Positions 8,704 to 19,076 of a stretch of DNA of 59,683 nt are shown in pieces; within the stretch, counting starts at the first letter, position 1; each line of letters starts with the position of its first letter. Location of the stretch: contig MFPR01000024.1 in NCBI GenBank assembly GCA_001784175.1, positions 1 to 59,683 of the forward strand, written 5' to 3'. Position numbers and translations under genes: made by a program. This DNA is from Candidatus Lindowbacteria bacterium RIFCSPLOWO2_12_FULL_62_27 (GTDB lineage: Bacteria; Lindowbacteria; 2-12-FULL-62-27). A model generated the notes under the pieces. The model was not told the DNA's origin. It made no database searches and saw only the letters and a program-made list of their open reading frames with translations.

Positions 8704-8724
8704 TCGGCGGGGGCGGGAGCGGTC

Positions 8725-11700
8725 ATGAAAACTGAAGAATCGATCACCCGGACCCTGCGCGAGATCCTCGCCGAAAAAATTCTGATCCTCGACGGCGCCA
8801 TGGGCACCGAGCTGCAACGGCGGAACCTCACGGCCTGCGATTTCGGCGGGCCTGACTACGAGGGATGCAACGAACACCTCAACCTCACCCGGCCCGATGT
8901 CGTCCGCGACATCCACTCGGGCTATTACAAGGCCGGGGCCGACATCGTCGAAACCAATTCGTTCGGATCGACGCCCCTCGTGCTCGCCGAATATGGGCTC
9001 GCCGGCCAAGCCTACGAGATCAGCCGGCGCGCGGCCGAGATCGCGGCCGAGGCGGCCCGCGCGCAGTCGACGGCGGACAAACCCCGATTCGTGGCCGGAT
9101 CCATGGGGCCGACCACCAAGACCATCACAGTCACCGGCGGCGTGACGTTCGAGCAACTGATCGAGTCCTATTACACGCAGGCTCGCGGCCTCATCGACGG
9201 CGGCGCCGACCTTTTGATCCTCGAAACGGCGCAGGACACGCGCAACCTCAAAGCGGCGCTCATCGGCATCCGCCGCTACATGAACGAGTCCGGCGCAAGC
9301 CGGCCGCTCATGATCTCCGGCACGATCGAAAGTATGGGCACGATGCTGGCCGGACAGGGCGTCGAGGCGCTGTACACGTCGGTCGAGCATGCCAAGCCCT
9401 TCACGGTCGGCCTCAACTGCGCCACCGGGCCCGAATTCATGACCGACCACATCCGGTCCATGTCCGATATCGCCAAGACGTTCATCTCCTGCTACCCGAA
9501 CGCCGGCCTGCCCGACGAGGAGGGCCGGTACAACGAGACGCCGGAATCGATCGCGAAAAAACTCGAACGATTCGCCGACCATGGCTGGATCAACATGGTC
9601 GGGGGCTGCTGCGGAACGACCGCGGAACACATCGGGATGATCTATCAAATGTCGAAGGGCAAAAAACCGCGGACGCCCAAGTCCTATCGGCGGACCATGG
9701 TATCCGGGATTGACTTTTTGCCTGTCACCGACGACGTGCGGCCGGTGCTGGTCGGCGAGGTCACGAACGTTCTGGGCAGCCGGAAATTCAAACAACTGAT
9801 CGCCGCCGGGAAATATGAGGAGGCCGCAGAAATGGGCCGCGACCAGGTCCGGGGCGGCGCGCAGGTCCTCGACGTCTGCCTGCAGGACCCCGACCGAAAC
9901 GAGATGGAGGACGTGAAAAAATTTCTCGACATCCTGATCAAGAAGGTCAAGGCGCCGCTCATGCTCGATTCGACCGACCACCACGTCATCGAGGAGGGGC
10001 TGAAATACTGCCAAGGCAAGGCCATCATCAATTCCATCAACCTCGAGGACGGCGAGGAACGGTTTCAGAAAGTCTGTCCCCTGATCCACCAGTACGGGGC
10101 GGCCGTCGTCGTCGGATGCATCGACGAGGACAAACAGCAGGGCATGGCCGTCACGGCCGAACGCAAGGTCGCGGTCGCCGGACGCAGCTATAAACTGCTG
10201 ACGGAAAAATACGGGATCGCCGGCGAGGACATCCTGTTCGACGCCCTCGTCTTTCCCGCCGGTACCGGCGACGACAAATACAGGGGTTCCGGCCGCGCCA
10301 CGATCGACGGCGTCGCGGCGATCAAGAAGGCGTTCCCCGACGCCAAGACCATCCTCGGCGTCAGCAACGTCTCTTTCGGCCTCCCGCCGGCCGGACGCGA
10401 AGTGCTCAACAGCGTGTTTCTGTATCTCGCGACGAAGGCCGGACTGGACATGGCGATCGTCAATTCCAAGCGCGTCATGCGCTACGCGTCGATCGCGGAC
10501 AAGGAAAAGGAATTGTGCGAGCGGGTGCTCTTTCGCGGCTCGGACGAGGACATCGCGGCCTTCGCGGCGTTTTACAAGGAGGCCAAGCCGAAGGCGGCCG
10601 TCGACGAGATTCGGAGCAAGCCCCTCGAGGAACGGCTCGCCTACTACATCGTCGCCGGAACCAAGGAGGGCCTCCACGCGGACCTCGACGAGGCGCTCGC
10701 GAAATACCCGGACCCCCTCGACATCATCAACGGCCCCCTCATGGCCGGCATGGCCGAGGTCGGCCGGCTCTTCAACAACAACGAACTCATCGTCGCCGAA
10801 GTCCTCCAGTCGGCGGAGTCGATGAAGGCGGCGGTCGGGCATCTTCAGCCTCACATGAAAAAATCGGCGGTGGGCGGCAAGGGCAAGGTGATCCTGGCGA
10901 CGGTCAAGGGCGACGTGCATGACATTGGGAAAAATCTCGTCGAGATCATCCTGTCCAACAACGGCTATCAGGTCATCAATCTCGGCATCAAGTGCGCGCC
11001 GGAAACCCTCATCGCGGCCTGCCGCGAGCACAAACCCGACATCGTCGGCCTGTCGGGACTCCTTGTGAAATCCGCGCAACAGATGGTCATCACCGCGCAG
11101 GATTTTCACCAGGCCGGAATCGACGTCCCGCTCATGGTCGGCGGCGCGGCCCTGTCCAGAAATTTCACGCTCAAGAAAATCAGCCCCGCCTACGGCCGGC
11201 CCGCCGTCTACGCCCGCGAAGCCATGGTCGGCCTCGACCTCGCCAACCAGATCGTCGAGCCGGCCAAACGCCGCGCGTTGTACGAGCGCCTTGGCCAGGA
11301 AGTTCGGGCCGCTGCCGCGAAGGACATGACGCCGGCGGAGGCGGCGCCGGTCGCGGCTGCTCTACCGGCCCGCAGCCCCGAAATCGAACCCATGGTCCCC
11401 GTGCCGACACCGCCCGATTTGAAACGGCACGCCATCGACAACTACAACCTCGATGAAATCTTCCCGTATATCAATCCGCTCATGCTGTATAAAAAGCATC
11501 TCGGAATTGAACCCCCCCTTTACAAGGGGGGGCAAGGGGGGGTTCCCGACAGGCCCGCTCGCACCCAAGAAATCCTCGACACGCTCGAATCGCTCAAATC
11601 CGACTGCGCCGCCGGCCTTCTGCGTGCACGTGCCGTGTTCCGATTCTTCCCCTGCCGCTCGGAAGGCAACCGGATTCACATCTACGAATCCACGGGCAGG

Positions 11701-12207
11701 AGCTGCATCGAAACGTTTGAGTTTCCGCGCCAGAAAGCGCATCCGTTCCTGTGTCTCGCCGATTTCGTCCGCGCCATGGACTCGCCCGAGCCGGACTACA
11801 TCGCCCTCTTTGTTATCACCTGCGGTGAGGGTGTGCGGCAGAAGGCTGAGTCGCTCAAGAACGCGGGCGCCTATCTGAAGAGCCACGCCCTCCAGGCGCT
11901 CGCCGTTGAGTCGGCCGAAGGCTTCGCAGAACTCCTGCACCAGAAAATCCGCGCGATGTGGAACATCGCCGACCCGGCGGGAACCACGATGAAGGATTTG
12001 CTGAAGGCAAAGTACCGGGGCATCCGCGTGAGTTTCGGCTATCCGGCCTGCCCCAATCTGGACGACCAGAAAAAACTGTTCGCGCTGTTAAACCCGGCCG
12101 ACATCGGCGTCGCGCTCACCGACGGCTGCATGATGGACCCGGAGGCGTCCGTCTCGGCGCTGGTTTTCCACCATCCCCAAGCGGCGTATTTCAGCGCCGA
12201 TAAATAA
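8725..12207 (+). CDS. metH: Cobalamin-dependent methionine synthase
   Basis: LDGAMGT, GLNCATGP, GGCCGTT, DVHDIGKN and SFGYPACP motifs; 1160 aa. Confidence 0.97.
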   Translation: MKTEESITRTLREILAEKILILDGAMGTELQRRNLTACDFGGPDYEGCNEHLNLTRPDVVRDIHSGYYKAGADIVETNSFGSTPLVLAEYGLAGQAYEISRRAAEIAAEAARAQSTADKPRFVAGSMGPTTKTITVTGGVTFEQLIESYYTQARGLIDGGADLLILETAQDTRNLKAALIGIRRYMNESGASRPLMISGTIESMGTMLAGQGVEALYTSVEHAKPFTVGLNCATGPEFMTDHIRSMSDIAKTFISCYPNAGLPDEEGRYNETPESIAKKLERFADHGWINMVGGCCGTTAEHIGMIYQMSKGKKPRTPKSYRRTMVSGIDFLPVTDDVRPVLVGEVTNVLGSRKFKQLIAAGKYEEAAEMGRDQVRGGAQVLDVCLQDPDRNEMEDVKKFLDILIKKVKAPLMLDSTDHHVIEEGLKYCQGKAIINSINLEDGEERFQKVCPLIHQYGAAVVVGCIDEDKQQGMAVTAERKVAVAGRSYKLLTEKYGIAGEDILFDALVFPAGTGDDKYRGSGRATIDGVAAIKKAFPDAKTILGVSNVSFGLPPAGREVLNSVFLYLATKAGLDMAIVNSKRVMRYASIADKEKELCERVLFRGSDEDIAAFAAFYKEAKPKAAVDEIRSKPLEERLAYYIVAGTKEGLHADLDEALAKYPDPLDIINGPLMAGMAEVGRLFNNNELIVAEVLQSAESMKAAVGHLQPHMKKSAVGGKGKVILATVKGDVHDIGKNLVEIILSNNGYQVINLGIKCAPETLIAACREHKPDIVGLSGLLVKSAQQMVITAQDFHQAGIDVPLMVGGAALSRNFTLKKISPAYGRPAVYAREAMVGLDLANQIVEPAKRRALYERLGQEVRAAAAKDMTPAEAAPVAAALPARSPEIEPMVPVPTPPDLKRHAIDNYNLDEIFPYINPLMLYKKHLGIEPPLYKGGQGGVPDRPARTQEILDTLESLKSDCAAGLLRARAVFRFFPCRSEGNRIHIYESTGRSCIETFEFPRQKAHPFLCLADFVRAMDSPEPDYIALFVITCGEGVRQKAESLKNAGAYLKSHALQALAVESAEGFAELLHQKIRAMWNIADPAGTTMKDLLKAKYRGIRVSFGYPACPNLDDQKKLFALLNPADIGVALTDGCMMDPEASVSALVFHHPQAAYFSADK
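11512..11544 (+). repeat. C/G-run hairpin repeat inserted in frame in metH
   Basis: CCCCCCCTT-TAC-AAGGGGGGG-CAA-GGGGGGG, translated as PPLYKGGQGG. Confidence 0.8.
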
Positions 12208-12734
12208 TGGGGGTCATCATGCCGTGGCTTGAAACTGTTTTTTCAAGCCGCGAGCGCACCCGATACACGATGGACGGCGCCGGCCTTTTTGTGCCGGCCC
12301 CTCTGCCGGATCTGCGCAGAGCGCTCGAAGCCGCCGAATTGAAAGCCGGCGAACTGTTTTGGGACCTCGGCTCCGGCGATGGCCGCGTGGTGTTCCTGGC
12401 CGCCGAAATGGGCGCCCACGCGCGCGGGATCGAGGCCGACGAATCCCTCTTCCGGCAGGCGACGGATATACAGAAGTCCGTTTGCCCGGCGACCAGCGCG
12501 GCCACGGAATTCACTCGAGGTGACTTTCTCGACTGCTCGTTTGAAGAACCAGACGTGATTTTCTATTATGGAGGCGGCGCTCCACGCCGGCAACACGAAC
12601 TCTACACCAAACTCGAACGCGACATGCATCCGGGCACGCGGCTCATCGTCTTCCGAACCTCCCGCCGCCCCCCTCTAAACCTTCGCTCCCACCTGAACTC
12701 CCACCCGCCGGAGTATCACATCCTCGTCGGTTAA
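12207..12734 (+). CDS. Class I SAM-dependent methyltransferase
   Basis: WDLGSGDGR, GIE and GDFL motifs. Confidence 0.85.
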   Translation: MGVIMPWLETVFSSRERTRYTMDGAGLFVPAPLPDLRRALEAAELKAGELFWDLGSGDGRVVFLAAEMGAHARGIEADESLFRQATDIQKSVCPATSAATEFTRGDFLDCSFEEPDVIFYYGGGAPRRQHELYTKLERDMHPGTRLIVFRTSRRPPLNLRSHLNSHPPEYHILVG

Positions 12735-13792
12735 TACACCGTGATCTTCGAGATTCTCCTCCCCCAGCCTCTCTTGCCCTTCCGGTTGACCACTTTCGCG
12801 TACGTGCCGGCACGCAACTTGCGGATGAGACCTGAAATCTCGCGAACATTGCCAATGGGGTCGCCGGTCTTGCTGCTGTACGAATAGTACTGTCCGTCCG
12901 CAATGAAATTGTAGGAACCGGCTTGGTGGTTCGTCACCAGGGTGCGCAAAACATCCTGCGTGTAGACTTCCGTTGTCACCGTATCAGATGAACCGCTTGA
13001 ATCCTTGTCATGCACCCGTTCCTGGTGGGGACCGTGATACAGCGCCAGGGATTCGACAACCCTGGTGGATTTTCGATCTACACTTCGGACGGAGATCTCA
13101 TGGCCGTTCTTGATGTCTTCCGCGAGCCTCGCGGCCGCCTCATGTTTATCCTCAGACCGGACGTCCGGGTCGATGTCAAATACGTATGCATGTTCGGCGT
13201 GTGAAAACCGCAGGGTCCCGCGTTTATCGTTTACGACGAGATCCTCCATTTCCTCGACGGATATGTATTCGTTGACCATCTCCTTCCGCGCCGGCGTGAA
13301 TCCGTATGGCACGATCGGTTCAAATCCCTCCCAAGCGTTGAAATACAGGACAACCGGCGCCGACAAGCCTTTGTAGGTGACCTGATATGTGCTCAAATAC
13401 ACGGGCTTCGACCGGGTACGCACGCTGAACGGGCAGCACTCTCCTATCTTGCCGAAGCGGATTGGCTCGCCATCGGGGCCTGACAGGCTTGCCAGAAACT
13501 GTTCTGCCATATTCTCGTGCCCCGCGTTGTTGAGGCAAATCGGATCCTTGGAGGAATACCCGTAGGTATTGTTGTCCGCATCGCCCTTCATGACCATCGG
13601 TTTGTGATCACCCGTCCTGCCCGTATAGACGATCTTCTGCCCAGCCGGCGCCGACGCCGGGTTCATCACACCTGCGAATACGCCGCACAAAAACGCGGCC
13701 GTCACTTTTCTGATCAGGGCAAACGGGGCCGGGAGGCCAAATGGGGCCGGGTATTGACTTAATTGACTTATTTTCTTCGTGCTCTTTCGCAA
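12731..13792 (-). CDS. Hypothetical exported protein; the 5' end runs through the RAYT left inverted repeat and the start is uncertain
   Basis: 353-aa ORF, signal-like segment, conserved-looking YGYS..PI..LSGPDGE..G.CCPF..LYFN domain. Confidence 0.65.
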   Translation of the reverse strand: MRKSTKKISQLSQYPAPFGLPAPFALIRKVTAAFLCGVFAGVMNPASAPAGQKIVYTGRTGDHKPMVMKGDADNNTYGYSSKDPICLNNAGHENMAEQFLASLSGPDGEPIRFGKIGECCPFSVRTRSKPVYLSTYQVTYKGLSAPVVLYFNAWEGFEPIVPYGFTPARKEMVNEYISVEEMEDLVVNDKRGTLRFSHAEHAYVFDIDPDVRSEDKHEAAARLAEDIKNGHEISVRSVDRKSTRVVESLALYHGPHQERVHDKDSSGSSDTVTTEVYTQDVLRTLVTNHQAGSYNFIADGQYYSYSSKTGDPIGNVREISGLIRKLRAGTYAKVVNRKGKRGWGRRISKITVY

Positions 13793-14686
13793 GCCCGAAA
13801 AACGGCAGCCGGTGTACGGTTGAATGTCCTGGCAATATCTGCCGGCGAATATCCGTCACGATAAAGCCGGGACATTATTTTATTGCGGAACCGTGCCACT
13901 ATCCGTTGTCGACTCGGCGTACGCAGTCGTTCCAACAACTGCCCCATTTGTCCGCATATCTTCGCAGCCCGTGACAATACTTGGGACGCGCCGCGTTTTT
14001 CTCGCCATTTGAGACGACTCCGATCCGGCTTCCTACGCTCAATGCCCTTCTCCATCCCCTCTTTCCCGACAAACGTCAGAAAAACGGGTACCTCGAGTTT
14101 CTCCTTTGAAAGCATCAAGTCCTTGTATCTATTCGCGCCCCGTTCCCCTTCAAATCCTGGCACGCGAACCAGTTTGACATACGAGGGCGCATCGTAACCG
14201 CGGTAAAAACGGTCGGAACTCCAGCGGTAATCCATTGCCCGCCGAACCAAACCGGCTTCAACAGGGTTTCGGTGAATATATCGAACGAGGGCGGCCAGGT
14301 ACCGATCGTCAAGTACGAGAAATGCCCTGTAACGCCCCTGAAAAACATACCCCCTCTTCCCATATCGGCGATTAAAATAACGCGCATATCGCGAATGAAC
14401 CAACTGCATGATGCTTGCAAGACTGTTTTCACCGCGATATACAAGGAGATGTACATGATTGGTCATGGGGCAGTAAGCGCCCAGCTTGCCGCCCTTCCTG
14501 TTTAACGCGCTCTGAAGTTCAGTCAGATATCGTACGTAATCAGGTGTTCGGAGAAACAGCGCTTCTCCCCTCTGTCCACGTGCAATCACATGATACCAGT
14601 GATCCTCGACGTCAATCCGTACGGGTCGTGCCACACCCGGAGACTATTTCGAATAAGTCAATTAAGTCAATACCCGGCCCCATTTG
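13738..14686. mobile_element. RAYT element 1 bounded by perfect 35-bp inverted repeats
   Basis: CAAATGGGGCCGGGTATTGACTTAATTGACTTATT at 13738-13772 and its exact reverse complement at 14652-14686. Confidence 0.85.
13768..14634 (-). CDS. REP-associated tyrosine transposase (Y1 HUH) with a C-terminal helical/HTH domain
   Basis: YHVIARG, MTNHVHLL (HUH), FQGRY, YIHRNP and YRWSS motifs. Confidence 0.92.
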   Translation of the reverse strand: MARPVRIDVEDHWYHVIARGQRGEALFLRTPDYVRYLTELQSALNRKGGKLGAYCPMTNHVHLLVYRGENSLASIMQLVHSRYARYFNRRYGKRGYVFQGRYRAFLVLDDRYLAALVRYIHRNPVEAGLVRRAMDYRWSSDRFYRGYDAPSYVKLVRVPGFEGERGANRYKDLMLSKEKLEVPVFLTFVGKEGMEKGIERRKPDRSRLKWREKRGASQVLSRAAKICGQMGQLLERLRTPSRQRIVARFRNKIMSRLYRDGYSPADIARTFNRTPAAVFRACERARRK

Positions 14687-14709
14687 CTTTCCCGGCGGCG
14701 GATGGGGTG

Positions 14710-16361
14710 TCAGCGCAAAAGGCCCCGGCCTTCGAAATTGGAGCCGGAGGGATAGATTTGGCTGGCTTCCGCGCTGCGGTTAAGGCGCGTCAGGCTGTGC
14801 GCCAGGATGTACTTCAACATCGGCAGGCGCGGGCTGGCCGGCCAGGTTTTCTCAAACCGTGCGACATCTGATTCGACACGAGCGTAGGCGTTCAGATAAT
14901 AATGGTTCAAGATTGAAAAGTAGTCGCGCTGTTCATGCAGCATTCCGATGGCGTCCCGCGGCGCGTTATCGAGGGCGGCCAGCGCCGCCGCCGCCTCTTC
15001 GTATTGTCCCCGAAGTTGCAGGAGTCGGGCAGGGCGGAGGATGCTTAAAAACGGGAGGACCTCAGCCTTGATTTTTCGAAACATGTTGTATGTGTAGTAT
15101 CCGCGCAGCCAGTAGGGGAAATCCCACCGTCCCACGGCGATGTTCGCGATGGTAACCTTGGGATTGACGTGATCTTCCGTCGAAAAAGGCGACAACTGCA
15201 GAATCTCGGACAACAACCGGTCGGTCAGTCCGTCGATCTCATGCGGCGGCCGGCCCGGCGCCACATGGTCGGCCACGAAGGTGCGCGCCGAATCCCATAC
15301 ATCGAAAAAGAGTATCTGGTCCGGAACATAAAACCGGCAGATCATCTCGGCGAGTCTCATCATCGGCAGAACCGCACAGGCCTCCACCGGATTCAAAAAA
15401 AGCGTCGCGTGTTTGTACTTCGGATCGCTTTTCGACAGCGACCACACCGACTCCGGGTAAATCCGGTTGCCGTAGGGATCGACCGCCTGCCAGCCCCGCT
15501 CGGTCTTGATTTCCGTGATCGTGTGCGACGATGGCCCCTCCGGATCCACGAACAGATACACCATCCGCGCCGGGAGGCCCGAATGAACCGCGAGCGTGGC
15601 CAGCACCCAGGCGCTGCGGTCGCAGGAGCCCATGCCACGGATCATGAGAGACAACGGCACATCGTTGTAGTCGAAAAAATTCCCGCCGGTCGGGGTCGTT
15701 TGCTTGAAATGATTTGAAACGTTCACAAACGTCCACTCCGTCAGCGCCGCCACCCGCTCCGACACAGGCCGGTCCGTCACGCCGCCCTGGGCATGGGCGA
15801 TGTCCCGGTACAGGAGCGCGCGCTCCATATATTGCACGGCGCTCCCCGAAAGCCGGGTGCTGCGCATTTCTTCCGAAGTAAACCCGAAGGTCTTCCGCCG
15901 GATCACATCAAACGCGTACGAGTCCGGATGGGGATCCATGGTGCGGATCAGATCGACGAAGAATTTCACGGCGTTTTCCTGCCGGTCGTAGTATTTCAGG
16001 TGCGTCGAAAAGCGGGTGTTGGCGTCAAACGCCCGAACGACCGTGCTGTCCCGATCCTTCACGATCACCATCTCACCCGCGCGTCGCGCGCGCAGTCGGC
16101 CGACGATGTCGCGGGGTCTCGTGCATCCGGTTCGGGACTTCACGTAATCAACGACCGCCTCAACCTGTCGCGCCAGCCTCTCGGCGCGCTGCGCATGCGT
16201 CAGAGCCAGGAACTGCTCAGGCGAAAGGCGGGGGAAATGACGTCATCCTTGAATTGCACGTCCGGGGGCGCCTTGGGACTCCCCGCCCAACCCCGGACCG
16301 GCAGGAAATGAATCCACGCGGCAACGCAACAATGAAGAATGATGAACAGACGTCGATTCAT
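14710..16361 (-). pseudogene. Exported transglutaminase-like/TPR protein, frameshifted near its 5' end (main ORF 14710-16143)
   Basis: GSCDR...HTITE...WQAVDP Cys-His-Asp triad. A signal-peptide ORF starts at ATG 16361 (overlapping the rimO stop) in another frame; adding one base near the G5 run at 16230-16234 fuses the two. Confidence 0.65.
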
Positions 16362-17641
16362 ACCGGCGTTCCGTAAAGGTCGTGCTCATCCGCGGAGTCG
16401 ATCCGCACTTGCGCGAAATCCCCCACACGGACGTAGTGGTCCTTCGCCGAAACGCGGACGACGCCGTCTACCTCCGGCGAGTCGAATTCCGTCCGGCCAA
16501 TGAATTCGCCGCGTTCCTTGCGGTCGAACAACACCGTGAGGATTTTTCCCGCTTTCTCCCGGTTTATTTCGCCGCAAATGCCCTCCTGCAAGTCCCGGAT
16601 TGCCGCCGCGCGGTCCTCCTTGACGTCCGGCGGGACATCGTCGGCCAGATCGAAGGCGTGCGTCTTCTCCTCGTGCGAGTAGGTGAAGACGCCTGCGCGG
16701 TCGAACCGTGTTTCTTCCAGCCACCGGAGCAGTTCCTCGTGGTCGGCGTCCGTTTCTCCCGGATAGCCGGCGATCAGGGTTGTGCGCAGCGCGATCCCCG
16801 GGACGCGCCCGCGGATCGTGCCGATCAGTTCAATCGTTTTTTCGCGCGTGAGTCCCCGCCGCATGCTCCGGAGCAGCCGGTCGGAGATGTGCTGGATTGG
16901 CAGATCGAGATATTTGCAAATGTTCGGCCGGCGGCGGATGACCTCCAGGACATCGAGAGGAAAACCGGCCGGATACGCATAGTGAAGGCGGATCCACGCG
17001 ATGCCATCGACGTCCGCCAGCCGGTCCAGAAGTTCGGCCAGTTTGCGCTTGCCGTACAGGTCGATGCCGTAAAAGGTAGAATCCTGCGCGATGATCACGA
17101 GTTCCCTCGTCCCGTTCTTTGCCAGCGCCGCCGCCCGCCGCACCAGTTCCTCCATCGAGACCGACACATGCCGGCCGCGCATGAGGGGGATCGCGCAAAA
17201 GGAGCATGTGCGGTCGCAGCCTTCTGAAATTTTCAAATAGGCGTAGTGTTGTGGCGTGGTAAGAAGCCGCTCGCCGACGAGTTCGTGTTTGTAATCGGCG
17301 TTGAATGTCTTGAGGAGGCGCGGAAGGTCCCGGGTGCCGAACCAGGCGTCGACCTCCGGGATTTCCTTTTCAAGGTCGGCCCTGTACCGCTCGCTCAGGC
17401 AGCCGGTCACGTAAAGCTTGTCGATCCGGCCCTGGCGTTTTTCCCCGACGAATTGCAGAATCGTGTCGATGGATTCGCGTTTGGCGGTTTCGATGAACCC
17501 ACACGTGTTGATGATGACGGTTCGCGCGCCATTTCGGGTCTCGTGGCCGGCCGCAATCCCGTTTGCGCGAAGCTGGGCCAGGAGCGTTTCCGAATCGACG
17601 AGATTCTTGGCGCAGCCGAGGGTGACGACGTTGATGCTCAA
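16358..17641 (-). CDS. rimO: Ribosomal protein S12 methylthiotransferase
   Basis: TLGCAKNLVDSE, NTCGFI, EGCDRTCSFC, RLHYAYP and DSPEVDG motifs; TTG start overlaps the upstream stop. Confidence 0.95.
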   Translation of the reverse strand: MSINVVTLGCAKNLVDSETLLAQLRANGIAAGHETRNGARTVIINTCGFIETAKRESIDTILQFVGEKRQGRIDKLYVTGCLSERYRADLEKEIPEVDAWFGTRDLPRLLKTFNADYKHELVGERLLTTPQHYAYLKISEGCDRTCSFCAIPLMRGRHVSVSMEELVRRAAALAKNGTRELVIIAQDSTFYGIDLYGKRKLAELLDRLADVDGIAWIRLHYAYPAGFPLDVLEVIRRRPNICKYLDLPIQHISDRLLRSMRRGLTREKTIELIGTIRGRVPGIALRTTLIAGYPGETDADHEELLRWLEETRFDRAGVFTYSHEEKTHAFDLADDVPPDVKEDRAAAIRDLQEGICGEINREKAGKILTVLFDRKERGEFIGRTEFDSPEVDGVVRVSAKDHYVRVGDFAQVRIDSADEHDLYGTPV

Positions 17642-18438
17642 CCGGTGATGAACTCTCCGCCGTCGACGCCGATGACGTTGCCGGTCATCCAGCGGGTTTC
17701 GTCCTGGCAGAGGACGGCGATGGTCTCGGCGACGTCCTCCGGCGTGGTCGCGCGCTTGTGCGGGTTCATCTCGAGGGCCCACTGCATCATGCGGTCGTTG
17801 CCGGGGATTTTCTGAAGTGCGGGCGTCATCGTGACGCCGGCGCGGATCGAGTTGCAGGTGATGCCGTGCGGCGCCAGCTCCAGGGTGAGCTGGCGGATGT
17901 GCGATTCGAGCGCGGCCTTGGCGGCCGAAACGGCCCCGTACGTTTTCCAGACCCGTGTCGATCCCGCGCTCGTCATGACCATGATCCGGCTGCCCTTGCC
18001 GAGCAGTCCCGCACGCAGAAGGTCCTGGGTCCACCACACCAGGCTGTGCGCCATGACGTCAACCGTCATCTCCATCTGCTTGCGGTTGAGGGCCTCCTTG
18101 GAATCGGCGGCGATGAACGGCTTGAGGCTGCCGAAGGCGAGAGAATGCAGCAGGAACTTCAGCGGACGCGCGACCTTTGCCTTGACCACCGCGACGACCT
18201 CCGCGCGCTTTTCGTCGTCCGCGGCGTTCACGTTGAAGTATTCCGAATCGGCGCCGAACGATTTGATCTTGTCCCGGATCTCCTGCACGTGGGCCAGGGC
18301 GATCGCCCGGTCGAAATGCACGCCGAACACGCTCATCCCGCGTTTCGCCAGCGCCAGCGCCGTCGCCTCGCCAAATCCGCTCGACGCGCCCAGAATCAGG
18401 CCCCACTGCCCCGCAAACGGTTTCTCGCTCCCGTCCAT
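17638..18438 (-). CDS. SDR oxidoreductase, enoyl-ACP reductase (FabL/FabI-like)
   Basis: GASSGFG and YGAVSAAKAALES motifs. Confidence 0.85.
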   Translation of the reverse strand: MDGSEKPFAGQWGLILGASSGFGEATALALAKRGMSVFGVHFDRAIALAHVQEIRDKIKSFGADSEYFNVNAADDEKRAEVVAVVKAKVARPLKFLLHSLAFGSLKPFIAADSKEALNRKQMEMTVDVMAHSLVWWTQDLLRAGLLGKGSRIMVMTSAGSTRVWKTYGAVSAAKAALESHIRQLTLELAPHGITCNSIRAGVTMTPALQKIPGNDRMMQWALEMNPHKRATTPEDVAETIAVLCQDETRWMTGNVIGVDGGEFITG

Positions 18439-18521
18439 GGTCAATTCTCTACATTATCAATTATGAATTGACAACAAAGGCCGTTGGGATAAGATGGGGA
18501 CTTGGAGGTGTGAATGGTTCC

Positions 18522-18731
18522 ATGTCAAGCGAACACGAAGAGATCGACCCCATCAAGAGCAATCCGACCAGCCACAAGGCCATCGGCGTTGCGCTCATGC
18601 TCGTGATCCTGATCGGACTGGCCTGCTGGCTGAAAGGCGACAGGCGGACTTTGAGACAGGCCGGCCCGCACGCCGACTCTGCGATCGAATCCTCAGAAGT
18701 GGCTGTTCCGTCTGACGAAGCTAAACCGTAG
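18522..18731 (+). CDS. Small single-TM hypothetical protein
   Basis: GGAGG upstream; hydrophobic segment AIGVALMLVILIGLACWL. Confidence 0.55.
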   Translation: MSSEHEEIDPIKSNPTSHKAIGVALMLVILIGLACWLKGDRRTLRQAGPHADSAIESSEVAVPSDEAKP

Positions 18732-18903
18732 CGTCGTACATCTGGCCGACGCCGACTTCCTTCGCCAGACTTCGAACGTTTTTGGGCTGTTCCTGTGTGA
18801 ATCGCTGGGAAATGTCGATCGCGTCCTCAACCACGTCATACCGTGGCGCCCGCGCGTTATGGATCTGTTCCTGATTCAGGTTCTGGATTACCCCGACGCT
18901 CAT
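18721..18903 (-). CDS. 60-aa hypothetical protein, weakly YjfB-like
   Basis: Strong GGAGGAGG RBS; C-terminal GVGQMYDATV. Confidence 0.6.
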   Translation of the reverse strand: MSVGVIQNLNQEQIHNARAPRYDVVEDAIDISQRFTQEQPKNVRSLAKEVGVGQMYDATV

Positions 18904-19076
18904 GTTCCCTGCCTCCTCCGTGATTCCAAGGTTCCGATGGGACCCCGCCCCATCCGGCGGCCCATCCTTTGAGCCGCCGACTTCCGAACTTGCGTGAGTC
19001 TGTTAAGGATACGGCAGACCTCCATGAAAGTCAAATTTTTGTTGTCGTCCCTGCTCCCGGAAATTAGACTCATGCC

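Noticed and set aside
7636-11109. 1157-aa minus-strand ORF
   Set aside because: Antisense shadow of metH and the cNMP gene; common in GC-rich DNA and has no motifs
16358-18037. 559-aa version of rimO
   Set aside because: The first ~130 aa overlap the SDR gene out of frame; the RimO motif begins at TTG 17641
18905-19000. GGA-rich leader as a CsrA-binding array
   Set aside because: GGA is frequent at this GC content and the motifs are not clearly in hairpin loops
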